Assembly: GCF_009914755.1 (NCBI RefSeq) | Contig: NC_060933.1 | Reading direction: 5' to 3' (one strand) | Source of the DNA: the human T2T-CHM13v2.0 reference genome, Homo sapiens | DNA length: 64,000 nt | Notes under the pieces: generated by a model | Told to the model about the DNA's origin: nothing | The model's database searches: none | The model's input: the letters and a program-made list of their open reading frames with translations, nothing else | In this document: positions 17,791 through 31,354 of the stretch, piece by piece | How the letters are laid out: the number at the start of each line of letters is the position of its first letter | Position numbering within the stretch: position 1 is the stretch's first letter | Translations under genes and position numbers: made by a program

Positions 17791-18763
17791 ATTGAACATT
17801 GTGCTGAATAAAATATTATATTATAAAATATATTTCACATCATAAGAGGGGATAGTAACAGAATTTCTTAAGAGGAGAAATTCAGGACTCAAATTTAAAT
17901 TTTTCCAAACAAACAGGAGCTTCAACGAACATGCATTGTGTATTATCCAGGTGGTGAGACAACTTTAAATTCATTATCTCATATCAGTTTCAAATAATCT
18001 TATAATAATTACTTCTCCAAAATAGTACAACTAATAACTGGGACTTGAACCCAGCTGTCTCCACAATCATAAAGCATCTTCTTTCTATTACAATTTTTCT
18101 TATTAAACATAGTAGAGAAAGTAACTGGACTGATTTTTTTCCATGTGAATCCTTCAAAAAATCCCCTAAATACTTATTAAAAGAAAAATCATTGAGAATT
18201 AAGGATTCAATGTTTAATATCATAGATTTTTTTAATATACATATTTTACTGAATAAAATCAAATAGTATTATTAAGCACTGGCTGAATTTTATGTTTTTT
18301 TTGTAGTATCAGTGAAAGTTGTAAATTTAACATATGGGAACAGCTATTCTCCTACTTTATGTTAAAAGTTAGAATATTATTTATAAGACAATTAGCACTT
18401 CTGTAAATAAAGATGATTTATGACTATGAAGCAATGCTTAACTGCTTGTGTTTAACTTCTTTATAAAAATAGTGTTTAACTTCTTTATAAAAATTAAACT
18501 TGAATTACTTTCTTGTATTATTACAGTATACCAATATGTTAAATGGACATAATGTAGGGACAAAAATAATAAGAAATATTATTATCATTGATTAATAAAA
18601 GGAAATGGGAAATTTTTGATTTTAAGAATTTCAGGCAATTAGTAATTAGTATTATGAGTAGTACAATTTTAAGCATTTAGGTATCATAAGTGACTCTAGT
18701 ATAGTACTCATTAGTTCATCTAAAAAATAATTTTTGAAGTGAACTTTGTGCATAATCATTCTA

Positions 18764-19072
<309 letters not shown>

Positions 19073-19192
19073 TAATTTTAATGGTAAGATTTTAGACAGT
19101 TTAAACTTACAGTGACTAGTAATATAATCATAATACCTTCTACCATTCTCTATCATAATTGGAAAAGTTGATCAATAGAAATGGGAAACTAA

Positions 19193-19536
<344 letters not shown>

Positions 19537-19749
19537 TTATTCTGCTAAAAGAAAAAAATTGGTAGCATACTCTTTCTTATAACATGCACTGAATCTTATA
19601 AAGCATTTGGTTTAATCAAGATATTGTCACTGACATGAAGAATTAGATAATGAGAACCACAATCCAAAGGATACACTATTTCTGTGAACCGCAATCCAAA
19701 AGGATCACTATTTCTGTGAACACATCATACAAGAAGTACAAAAACTTTA

Positions 19750-19885
19750 CGAGTGCTTTCTCTGAACTCTAACTCAATCAACAAAATCTTTGAGAAGGGA
19801 AGATTCACGTTCAAAACAAAAAAACACAGTAAATGGCAGATTTAGGGATGAAACCCAGGCTAGCTGAATCTAAGTCCTGTTTTCT
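19750..19885 (-). mobile_element. MIR fragment
   Basis: 'agtaaatggcagatttagggatgaaacccaggc'. Confidence 0.5.
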
Positions 19886-20659
19886 TTCATAACAATGTAA
19901 ATGTCTTGTTGCTGTAATTCCTTGTGAAAATTTCAACAGAATTTTTGCCAACTGTTTTGAAATTCACAGTAAGCAAAACTCTCTTAAGATCTCACCAGAT
20001 GAATATCGAGTTTGATCTGAGCATCACGCAAGGTAGGAGAATTTGATATTATCCATTTTTTGTCTATATAAAATACATTTCCTGATTGTTAAATGCAGCA
20101 GGATTTAGTATGGTAGACATGGCTATGACCTGACTGTTTTGTGATCTTGTTGGATGTAGTACAGGTTTCTTAATACACCATCGGTTCCTTTTGTTTTGTG
20201 GTCCCAGAATTTCTTTGCTTTCACTCATAGTATCAACATGCTCATATGATCTTCCAATGCTTCTCAGAGATTGAATGCTGTACTTTGAATATAATTTTAC
20301 TGTTAAATCTGATGTAAATTTCTTCATCATATACTTCTGCCTTTGCAGAAGAGCCAAGCAAAATTTAAATTAAAAATATTCAAAACAGGTTAGTCCTCAT
20401 AATAATTGAAACTGCTATATATTTTATTATTTAGGTATCCATATTTTCCCACACTTTGCTACAATAATATGTATAGTAAATATCAAGCATGCTTATAATA
20501 CTTATGATATTTAAAATACAATAAAAGTCCAGCCTTGATACAAGTATTATCTAGAGAATATGATATATTTTTCTAAAACTTTTTGGAAGGAAATATTCAT
20601 TAATCTAAAATTGTTTACACTTTTATTGAATGTCAGTGGTGTCCAGAACTTTCTTCAGT

Positions 20660-20762
20660 GTCCAGATAAGACTACGGGCAGTTAAATAACATCCAGGAAA
20701 ACAGAAGAGCTCAAATTCAAGCCAGGCCTACCTGACTGTAGAATCAGAGCTCATCAACATTA
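20660..20762 (-). mobile_element. MIR fragment
   Basis: 'aattcaagccaggcctacctgactgtagaatcagagctc'. Confidence 0.45.
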
Positions 20763-21559
20763 CTAGCAATACTAGCTCAATAGATTCTACTACGAATTTT
20801 AAGACCGATTTTTAGCCAATGTCTGCAAAATCTAGAAGACTGCATTTAGTTTTTCATTTCTTTTTAAATTTACCCCTATAAGCTTTATATTCAAGCCAGA
20901 AAGATTTTATCTCGTCTCTTTCCTTTTCTCTCCCTCCCACCCTCACTTCATTTCTTTTATTTTCTCTTATATTTCTAAGAATTTATTTACACTAGAAGAA
21001 ATACAAGTTTTACTAATGTTATAATTTTGTCAAAGTTAATAACTATTCATGAAAATAATTTAAAGAAAAACACAAGAACTAGATACATGACCCAAGTTAG
21101 AGATATAATACAACCAGTGTTAAAATAATTTCTAACCATTTTTTTTTGTTATCTAGTTAAATTTCAACTCTAAAGTTGCTTTGGCATTATGCAACCGCTT
21201 GCAACACAAAATTACTACTGGTGAATACTCCTTTCACTCTGATAGCAGGAGAAAAGTGGTTTTTAAAAAATAAATAACTAGAGAGAGGACATAGGAGAAA
21301 GAATACTGAGAAAATGAAAATAGTAGACCCAGTAATTGGAAGTTAATTTGAAAACCCCACTGTCTGATGCTTCATATAATCATGTGCAATTATATACTGT
21401 GTGTTATTATGCATCAACCAATCATAGCTAGTCTACTATGGCCAGATAGATGAAGAAATAAGAAAAAAAATAAAAGTTATGTGAGACATATATATATATA
21501 TATATATCACATATTTATTGTATGTTATATGTATTACATATATATCATGTATCATATGT

Positions 21560-21822
21560 ATCACACTGTTTTATTGATGATGTTACAGAAAGCAGAAAAA
21601 AAGTTGTTATAGCGAGATTAAACATTTGGATAATGTTATGTCAGTACTACCATATGTCATACATGATTACTGGCATAACATTATCCAAATGTATTACAAC
21701 TATACGATGATTGGCATATAGTTGTAATACATGAGAACTGCCATAACATTATCCAAATGTTTAATCTTGCTATAGCAACTTTTCTTCTGCTTTCTGCAAC
21801 ATCGTCATTAAAACAGTATGAT
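21560..21822. repeat. Nested inverted repeat: 86-bp arms plus two internal hairpins
   Basis: 21560-21645 is the reverse complement of 21737-21822 (~8 mismatches); 21622-21646 pairs with 21668-21692 (24/25); 21689-21704 pairs with 21717-21732 (16/16). Confidence 0.95.
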
Positions 21823-22669
21823 GTCCATCCTTTAGATGCTTTAAATATTGAAGAATATTCAGCCATAAATTATAAAGTTTGGCATTATGATTTGAATGTA
21901 CCATGATGTTACAGTATTAGCAATTAACATCTTCAATAACTATTTACCTAATCACCATATCTGCCAAGGGAAATGTTTGGTGGGGGTTGAACTCTCAAGG
22001 GTCATTCAAAACTTGAGATTCTGGGGGACTATCATTAGAGTGTATTTTGTTTATTCCAAAAGGAACTATTGAGCAGATTTGCCAAATCATACATCATGCA
22101 AAGACAAACCTAAAACATAATAATTTTCTACATCAAAAAGCATAGCTGCTTATTCTGTACAATATGCATGTTTTAGGTCATGACAATGAAAATACATCCA
22201 TATCAATGTATTCCAAGTGAATAGCTAATGCAATTATTTATAAGAATGCAATGTATTATTTATAATAATATAAATATAATTTATAATACAATAATTATTT
22301 GCAATAATGTAATGTATTTCATATCAACGTATTACAAATGAATAGGTAATAAAATTATTCCAATTTAGGGTAAACTTGATGTTCTACATTGCACACCATG
22401 GATTCTGTAATAAGCAACAGAAACCAAAAGAGATGATCTTCTTTAGAAATAAAATGAACAAGAAATTGAGATATACAACTGTCCTTCAGTACTGCTACAT
22501 CTCAAAATTTTCATACTTTTATAAGACTGAGCAAAATTCACTAATTGTTAACATTATATTGGTACTCACAGACCATAAAAAATGGCTATATAGTTGACAA
22601 AGTTTTTACTTGCTCTCAAATGTATGTCATACCTAAGTGTCTACCTTAGTTTTCAATATTAAAAATGAA

Positions 22670-23270
22670 AGACACTTCCACATTTTGCTTAAGATGAAGA
22701 AAATCAGAAAGAGACTCTTGTCCTAGCAATCTATCCCTACCAACAAGAGAAAGCGGTATTATTTACAAAGCCATAATTTATCGAACCCAACAGAGGGCTG
22801 AGGTCACAGGGCATCCAACTTGTTTGAAATCTAAGCCAGGCAACTTCAAATAGAGACAGAAAGTGAGCTCTAGCTAACCTGAAACAGAGCCCCAGAGGAA
22901 GACATGGTCACCGTATAAGCTAAAATGAATAATTCAGCTAAATTTTTGAAGAATTGCTAAAGGGAGAGTGTGAGATACTGTGATAGTATAGAACTCCTGG
23001 GAGATGCAGACACAGGACATTTTGCACCCATTAGCAGACTCCTTGGACCTCATGAGAAAGACTGGGGAAAAGGCTGGAGAGGGAGGACAGCTTTGCTTAT
23101 GGTGTGGGCTAGAGGAGGGAGCAGCTAGTGGTCACAAAAGTGCATAGCTTCCCAGGGATTGCACTCTCACGTGGGACAGAAGCTATAAGCCACTGAGGAA
23201 AGACAAAAGACGCTGCCACAGAGGGGTGTGTGGTGAGGGTCCGACTGTGAAAAGAGCAAGAGAGAAGTTT
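22670..23270 (+). mobile_element. Probable old L1M 5' region
   Basis: 'gacacttcc…aagatgaag' start and purine-rich body resemble L1M 5' ends; heavily diverged. Confidence 0.4.
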
Positions 23271-23279
23271 TAACAGGGG

Positions 23280-23428
23280 TGACTGACTGAACTCTTCAGA
23301 TTGTGGTGGTGGTTACATTACTGTATACACTTGTCAAAACTCAGAAAATAGAAATAAAACATTCTGCAGGTAGTAGAAAGGGTGAATTTTACTAAATGTA
23401 AATTATACTGCAATTTTGACAAAAAAGC
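23280..23428 (+). mobile_element. L1MC/MD-type 3' end
   Basis: 'gattgtggtggtggttaca…ttgtcaaaactcaga…gggtgaattttact…tgtaaattata'. Confidence 0.7.
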
Positions 23429-23544
23429 CTCATAAAATATCCATCAAATAAAATAAATAAGAAAGGAAGAAAAGCAGGAGGAAAGGAGGAAAAGATGAAG
23501 GGAAGGAAGAAAAAAAGGAAAAAGGAGAAAGTTCCTTGTAGCTG

Positions 23545-23700
23545 AAGAACTCTGTAACTTCATCCTTTGGGTACTTGTCGTCAGTTTTCTGAACCTCAGT
23601 TTTATTAGCTCGAAAGTAGGAATAATATTATGAAACACTGAGGGCTGCTGTAAAGATTAAATAATGTAAATCATGGAAGTACCTGGCCCAGTATGATTGT
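23545..23700 (+). mobile_element. MIR
   Basis: 'tctgaacctcagttt…gggctgctgtaaagattaaataatg'. Confidence 0.6.
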
Positions 23701-23843
23701 CAGCATTAGAGCATATGGGAACTTCACCGGGAAATAATTGAAGTAGTTCACTCACTCCTGATGTGGCACCTGAATTTCTGAAAAGGCAATGTTGTAACGT
23801 GTTGCTTTGAAGGTATATGCATATCCCTCAACAAACACAGGAA

Positions 23844-24496
23844 GTATGTGTGTGTATATATATAATATTATATTATATATTTTATATATAATATTATATA
23901 TATAATATATAATATATATTAAATATAATATATATATTACATATATATTATTATATAGTATATATAATATACTATATATTATAGTATATATAATAGTATA
24001 TATATTATAGTATATATAATAGTATATATATTATAGTGTATATAATATACTATATATATTATAGTATATATAGTATGTATATTATAGTATATATAATATA
24101 GTATATATATTATATATTATAGTATTATAATATACTATATATAGTAATAATATTACTATATATAAAGTATATTATACCATATGTTATATATGATACTATA
24201 TAATTATATATAATTATTATATTATATATAATATATATAACTATATATAATTATTATATTATATATAATATATATAACTATATAATTATATATAGAGTTA
24301 TGTAACTATATAATATATATAACTATATAATAGTCATATATAACTATTATATATTATATATATTATATATTATTATATTTATATTATATAATATTATATT
24401 ATATATATTATATTATTATATTATAATATATATAATATACAATATATAATATTTTATATAATATATATATACACACACATACACACACACACACAC
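23844..24496. repeat. AT-rich low-complexity, palindromic (TA)n-type tract with (TG) and (CA) ends
   Basis: Almost pure A/T; 23844-23864 and 24462-24482 are perfect 21-bp reverse complements. Confidence 0.92.
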
Positions 24497-24784
24497 GAGC
24501 TTCAGGAATGAATTGTAAAATTAGGTTTCAGAAGACTGAAGATGCTGTAGCTTTTGGTCTTGTCAAGTTGTAGTTTTGGCACAGAGTCAGATGTACATGC
24601 TTTTGCAATTTTAGAACCATTATTGAAGAGAAATTGCTGGTTTAAATGTTGAAGGAAAATAAATTATTTCTTTCTCTTCAGATTCTTCCTGTACACTAAC
24701 AGTTTTTGAGCTCCAGGTATATTATTACGCATGCAGTTATTTTTTTGTATCTCTTCTAGCTACTTATGTTCACACTTTTTTGGA

Positions 24785-25015
24785 CAAGGCTTTCTCTGAA
24801 CCCTAACAACTAGATTTGTTCTTATAACACCCTACACCTTACCTATAACCAAATAAGACACTGTTTTAATTTCTGGTTTACTTGCTTATCTCCTTATTAT
24901 ACCCTGGGCTATGAGGGAAAGGGTTATAATGGTCATTGCTTTATCCTAACACTTAGGACACCACCTTCAATCAGAGTGCTACACACTGCACATGTAGCAT
25001 AGATGTATGAATAAA
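24785..25015 (+). mobile_element. L2 3' end
   Basis: 'aaggctttctctgaacc…ctatgagggaaaggg…tgaataaa'. Confidence 0.5.
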
Positions 25016-25091
25016 CAACAAAAGAAAATGGATTCTGCCTGTGTGATTATAGCCCACAAAGAGTCACTGAAGGGAAAAATGTGAAAAACGT

Positions 25092-25634
25092 TTTTTCAGT
25101 GAGAACCCAGTCAGGGGCTAGAAATCATGTCATTTACTTTAACAGACAGAATTCGATACAAATAAGTGTTAACTAAGTACGCAATTGTCAAGGCCAAAAA
25201 GGGAACATGAGAGTATAGAGATACTCCTAACAGCTACCACTCTTAGAACTGGGTGATTAAAGAGAAATTTGAAATTATGATAATAAACTCAAGGCGTGGA
25301 GGAGAGGCCCTGTGGGTCTGCAGCCAGATCTTTGTGGAGCAGGCAACAATTCTCTGGTGCTGTTGTCTCCGAAGGGGCAAAATGAGGGTTGTTTGGCAGG
25401 AGTTGGGAAAAACTGCAAACAGGATGCCCTTGCTGCTACCGGAACAAATCCTTGCTCATGAGATGAAGAAGGGGAGCTACAGCACAGCTGACAGGAAATG
25501 GAAGCAAATAGAAAACCAAGAGGAAAGAGGAAGTTCCTGCTGGCTCCACCAGTCTTGCATTCTCCATCTCCTGCCTCCTAATGACCAGGAAGAAGTCAGT
25601 TGTCAAATAACAAATGTGGTTTACAGGGTCCATG
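25092..25634 (-). mobile_element. Old LTR (LTR78/79-like), interrupted by an L1 and resuming at ~26172-26240
   Basis: 'ccagtcaggggctagaaatca…ttaacagacagaatt…tgttaactaagta' resembles the antisense LTR78/79 end. Confidence 0.5.
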
Positions 25635-25645
25635 CTCAGTATCTT

Positions 25646-26171
25646 TTTTTATTTTTATTTTTTGTTAATTTTACATTAAGTTCTGGGATACATGTGCAGA
25701 ACGTGCAGGTTTGTTACATAGGTATACATGTGCCATGGTGGTTTGCTGCACCTATCAACCCATCACCTACGTTTTAAACCCCGCATGTATTAAGTATTTG
25801 TCCTAATGTTCTTCCTCCCCTTGCTCTCTACCCCCAACAGGCCCCAGTGTGTGATGTTCCTCTCCCTGGGTCCATGTGTTGGTGGGAGTGTAAATTAGTT
25901 CAACCATTGTGGAAGACTGTGTGGCAATGCCTTAAGGATCTACAACCAGAAATACCATTTGACCCAGCAACCCCATTACTGGGTATTTACCCAAAGGATT
26001 AAGTCATTCTACTATAAAGACACATGCACATGTATGTTTATTGCAGCACTACTTATAATAGCAAAGACTTGGAACCAACCCAAATGCCCATCAATAATAG
26101 ATCGGATAAAGAAAATGTGGCACATATACACCATGGAATACTATGCAGCCATGAAAAAGAATGAGTTCATT
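25646..26171 (-). mobile_element. L1PA with 5' inversion (twin priming)
   Basis: Antisense 3' end 25646-25880, sense segment 25881-26170, TSD ctcagtatctt at 25635-25645 and 26172-26182. Confidence 0.93.
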
Positions 26172-27985
26172 CTCAGTATCTTAAAGCTGGATATACAAGG
26201 ATGTATTTGAAGCTGAGAAGCAGTAGCTTAACAACTATCATGGACTTATAAAAGGCTGCTTATGGAACACAGGGGACAGAAAGAGGGCAAAATTCCTTTC
26301 TCCTCTGAACCTTTATTTTAGAAATAAAACTACTGTTATTTTACCATGAAACAACAAGACATAGTGTCATGTGCTCACACAATAAACAAATGTGGTAGTA
26401 AAAAGTGGTGTATGTCAGCTCTTATCTATTCTCAACGGGCCATGAATTAGCCAAACTAGCTATTTTGCTTTGGAAAAACAGTTATAAAAGAGGAAAATAT
26501 CAAACAATTAAGACTAAACATACAAACAGAAATACTACAGAAGAAAGGTAAAACTAAACATGCAAACAAAGATACTACAGAGGAAAAACAGAAAAGAATA
26601 TTTGCCACATCTAGATTCCTACATTTCTATCCTTCTTTGTCGTCACTCATTTGCTTTTGCTTCATGTCTCCTGGCAGTGCTATATCCTCTTCTTCTCAAG
26701 TAATAATCTCTGTTGGGTGAAAACCTTATATAAAATTTTGGTCCATACTTTTTTCAGTTTTTATAGCTAGTCTCCTTCCTCTTTTGGAAGCAAACACATT
26801 TCTTGCAGGCAAAGCTGAATCAAATATATGTTGCTATATTGCAGTGCCTTTTTTTTTTCTCTAAGACCATGATTATATATTCACTTATTCTTAAAAAAAT
26901 CTTTACAAGACTGTTAATATTTTTGCCAATATTTACTTTTAGATCTTTTATAACATTATTTTTGTTTTGATCTTTTTGTCCAGAGTCTATTTTGTATACT
27001 GTGTAATTAAGGCTGTACCATTTCCTCAAAATATTTGTCAGTTATTCCTACATAATACACTGAATTACATACCATTGTTTTCTCCAATAATTTAATATTC
27101 CCTTCCTTTCATGTACAAAATTATCTTTGGGGGGTATTTTTTAGCCTACCACACAATGCTAAAAACAATTTAATTATTTTTTTCATTATTATTATTTCCA
27201 AATATATTTTGACTACTTTTATGCATTTTTCTAGTAGATGAATTTGGCATTAATACTTCTTTTTTTTGGTTAACATTTGCTTAGCAAATCTTGAACCATC
27301 CTTATGTTTCGTTAACCTGATAAGTTAGTTTTTATTTTTATTTTTATGATTAATTTTTACTTTTAGAATACTCACAAGAAGAGACATAAGTGGCTTTCTT
27401 TCAAAAATTGATATTCTATTGCAGCAATGAGAAAAATGTCTTCCAATTTTTAGATATTACTAATTTTTATTTTCAACATTTTGATAAACATACATGTACA
27501 TAAAAACATATTTACAAATAATTATTAATGTTTTATATTTAACGTATGGCTGTTATCTTATATGTTAAAAATAAAAGCAGTTTGTAATTGTACCCCATAA
27601 ATGCAATGCTGCAAAAAATTCCTCCTTATTAATTTAAAAATTGAAAGTAGATTACTATAATACATGGGTAATAGAGAATATATAAATGAAATTTATTGCT
27701 GCAATAACAGAATTTGAGAAAAAACTAATCTGACATACATTAATGATGCAGATAATAGTGTCGTGCGTATAGTAATATCTTATAAGTGAAAGGTGAAGCT
27801 CATAAAGTTTGTAATTGTATTTCTTTTACATGAACAAGTCAATTTTTTTTATGTGAAAGTGAGTTTCTAACAGTGTGTAAACCAATATGTACATTGATAG
27901 GTTTCCCTAATACTATATACAATTAAATCTTTATTCTGTCTCTCTGTCTCTGTCTTTATCTCTTTCTCTACCTCTTTCACTTTAC

Positions 27986-27995
27986 CTCTCTCTCT

Positions 27996-28027
<32 letters not shown>

Positions 28028-28035
28028 CACACACA
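27986..28035. repeat. (CT)n(CA)n microsatellite
   Basis: Directly visible. Confidence 0.9.
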
Positions 28036-28067
28036 GTGAGTAATTCATATACTACTAAGTTGCAAAG

Positions 28068-28552
28068 TGCTGGGGATAGGCCCCCAAAACTGGCCATAAA
28101 CAAAATCTCTGCAGCACTGTGACATGTTCGTGATGGCCATGACGCCCACGCTGAAGGTTGTGTGTTTAATGGAAAGAGGGCAAGGAACACCTGGCCCACC
28201 CTGGGCAGAAAACCACTTAAAGGCATTCCTAAGCTACAAACAATAGCATGAGCCACCTGTGCCTTAAGCACACGTTGCTGCTGCAGATAGCTAGCCAGAG
28301 CTCATCCCTTTGTTTCCGCCCATCCCTTTGTTTCCTGTGAGGAATACTTCTAGTAAATCTATAATATATAGAAACAATGCTTATCACTGGCTTGCTGCCA
28401 ATAAATATGTGGGTCAATCTCTGTTCGGGGCTTTCAGCTCTGAAGGCTGTGAGATCCCTGATTTCCCACTCCACACCCTATATTTCTGTGTGTGTCTTTA
28501 ATTCCTCTCGCACCACTGGGTTAGGGTCTCCACGACTGAGCTGGTCTCGGCA
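28068..28552 (+). mobile_element. MER9 solo LTR (HERV-K9/HML-3)
   Basis: TG…CA ends, 'ctggccataaacaaaatctctgcagcactgtgac', perfect 6-bp TSD GCAAAG at 28062-67 and 28553-58. Confidence 0.95.
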
Positions 28553-28949
28553 GCAAAGCAACTAATTTTACAAGGTAAGAGGAGGGATTATGAAAATGTA
28601 GTATCTTTTTGAAAACAGACAGCAAAACTGAGGAACCATACACAAGTTTTTCACAAATGAAGATTTTCAACCACAGGGAGCCACTAGAAAAGTGTGTTTT
28701 TTGTATAGAAATTCTCAACTCAAATGGTGCATCAGAATCAGGATCTTGGCTGCTAAAATATATGAGGTACGAATTGGATCTTCAGTCTGAGACACTTAGG
28801 CCTTGAGGGTGAACGTAATGAAAACTGCAAAGTAACTCTTTAATTAATTAAGCATATACCTGAGACTTTAAAAAATAGACAAGACCATATCCAGAGAGTC
28901 TGATAAAGTTGTCTGGTGTGAATCTTTAAGTATGATTTAAAGTTCTCCC

Positions 28950-29480
28950 AGGACTTCTGCTTCCAGAAAGATAAAGTAGAAGTATTTTCTCTATTTCTTC
29001 TGCTACTTAAATCTAAACTTCCTGAGCATATTATATAAAACATAGATAAGAAGACCCCGGAGAGTTGGGAGAAGGCAGACCATCTAAGTACATCATGACC
29101 CAAGGAACAATACAGACTGTTTCCCGTTTTGTTTTTTGTTTTGTTTTGCTTTGTTTCTGTTGTTTGCTTTTTATTTGTTTTTGTTTTTGCTTTATTTTTC
29201 CCTTCACTTCATATATCCCAGATTTAGTACTGGATAAGCCAGGAACCCAGAAACACAAATGATATAAACAGAACGCTACAATAAAAGCCTGATCTCTGCA
29301 GCCAAAGACCAATGAAAGAGCAGCCTAACAAGACAAAATACTTTCAAAATGTAATTGCCTTTCTCCAGTCATCTACCAGAGAAAATGTGGCTCCACCTCT
29401 CCCTTGCCAGCAAAGACCTAAGGGGAACCAACACTTCCTCCCTCATCAGGCTGTAACTTGGTGCCACTACCTTACCTGAG
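28950..29480 (+). mobile_element. Old L1M 5' region (continues at ~30345-30490)
   Basis: 'ggacttctgcttccagaaagat…' is an L1M-type 5' start. Confidence 0.5.
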
Positions 29481-29483
29481 TGA

Positions 29484-30343
29484 TATGGCTATTATCTAAA
29501 AGACAAAAGATACCTAGTGTTGGTGAAGGTGTGGAGAAAAGGGAACTTTGTGCACTGTTGGTGGGAATATAAATTAGTACAGTCATTATGAATATAAATT
29601 AGTACAGGTTGGAATTCCCCCCAAAAAACTAAAAATAGAATTACCATGTGATTCGGTAATCCCACCTCTGGACATACATCCAAAAGGATTGAAATCAGTA
29701 TACTAAAGAGATGTCGGCACTCTCACGTTATTTGCAGCATTATTCTTAACAGCTAAGTTATGAAAGCAACCTAGTGTCCATCATGGAATGAATGGATAAA
29801 TAAAATGTGATAGATATATGCAATAAAATAATATTTGGCCTTAAAAAATAAATTCTGTCAGTTTTATAAACGCGAGTGAACCTGGAGAACATAATGCTAA
29901 GTGCAAGCCAGCACAGACAAACAAATACCACATGATCTCACTTACATGTGGAATCTAAAAAAGTTTAACTCACAGAAGTAGAAAGTAGAATAGTGGTTGT
30001 CAGAGGCTGGGGAAGAATGGTGGATGGGAAAAGGAGAGATTGATCAAAATTTCAATTAGATAGGAAGAATAAGCTTTATGGATATATTACACATCATAGC
30101 GATTATAATAAATATTAATGCATTATATATTGCAAAATTACTAAAAAGGGTAGATTTTAAATGTTTTAATCACGGACAAAAAATAAATATGTGAGGTGAT
30201 GGATTTGTTAACTAGTTGGATTTGTTGATCCCACAATGTAAACATATCAAAACACCACATTGTATCCCATAGCTATATAATCAAATATAATTATTATCTG
30301 TCAATTAAAATAAAATGAATAAATACAACAATGAATTTTTAAA
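29484..30343 (+). mobile_element. L1MA-type 3' end (5'-truncated)
   Basis: ORF2 end 'gtgttggtgaaggtgtggagaaaagggaac', L1MA 3'UTR and A-rich tail. Confidence 0.85.
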
Positions 30344-30494
30344 TGAGACGGCTGAGTACGGAGCTGGTTCTCTGATCACCGTCTTGTGATAAGAAGGCCA
30401 CCCATCTGTGGTGTCCATGGAGACCAACTAAAAAGTCTCATCTTCCACTTCCATGTGGTAGTAGTGGGAGTCCTTTCTCACACTGTCTAGATTG

Positions 30495-31345
30495 GTTATA
30501 GTGGCTGTATCAGTTTCAGAATAAGTCAATGTTGGAGCAAAGAAAACTATCAGGGATGAAGAAGGACATTGCATAGTGATAAAAAGGGTGATCCACCCAG
30601 AATATTTAGCAATTTTAAATTCACCATACAACAAAGCTTTAAAATATGTGAAGCAAATGCCTACATAACTGAAAGGAGAAGTAGACAAATTCCCAGTGAT
30701 AATTGCGGGACTTCAACATATCTCCCCTAAAAGTTAATAGAATAGCTAGACAGAAAGTCAGCAAGGATATAGAACTGAACATATCAACCAACAGGATCTA
30801 ATCAACACTTATGGAGCATACCACCCAACAATAACACAGATTTTTTTCCAAACACCCAGGGAACATATTAGTAAACCACAGCCAGGGCCATTAAAAATTA
30901 TTAAATCATTGAAATAATTACCGAGTGTGTTATTCAACTACAGTGGAATCCAAGTAAAAATCAGTCATGCACAAACACAAGAAAATCTCCAAACAATTGG
31001 AAACTAACACACTTCTAATAGTCCCTGGGTCAAATGACTAGACATCTCAAGGGAAGCCAAAACATGCATTGAGTCATAAAGAAAATTCAACATATAAAAA
31101 CACGTAGGACACTGCTAAAGCAATGTGGAGAGGGAAATTTATAGCACTAAATATATACATTAAAAAATAAAATTATCAGATAAATTATCCAAACTCTTAT
31201 CTCAATAACTTAGTAAAAGAGAAGCAAAAGACCCAAAGCAAATATCAAACAGAAAGAAAACAAAAGAAAAAATCAGTAAAATTGAAAATAGAAAGACAGT
31301 AGGAAAATCAATGAAAAAAAAAATTGGTTCTTTGTAAAGAAATTG
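30495..31345 (+). mobile_element. Old L1M ORF2 endonuclease region
   Basis: 'gaaggacattgcatagtgataaaaagg…gggacttcaac…agagggaaatttatagcactaaa'. Confidence 0.8.
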
Positions 31346-31354
31346 AATTCATGT

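Noticed and set aside
21522-21866. Two similar ORFs on opposite strands as paralogous genes
   Set aside because: They are an artefact of the inverted repeat.
25253-25777. 174-aa ORF
   Set aside because: It has a GTG start and runs from an old LTR into an antisense L1 tail, so it is a chance chimera.
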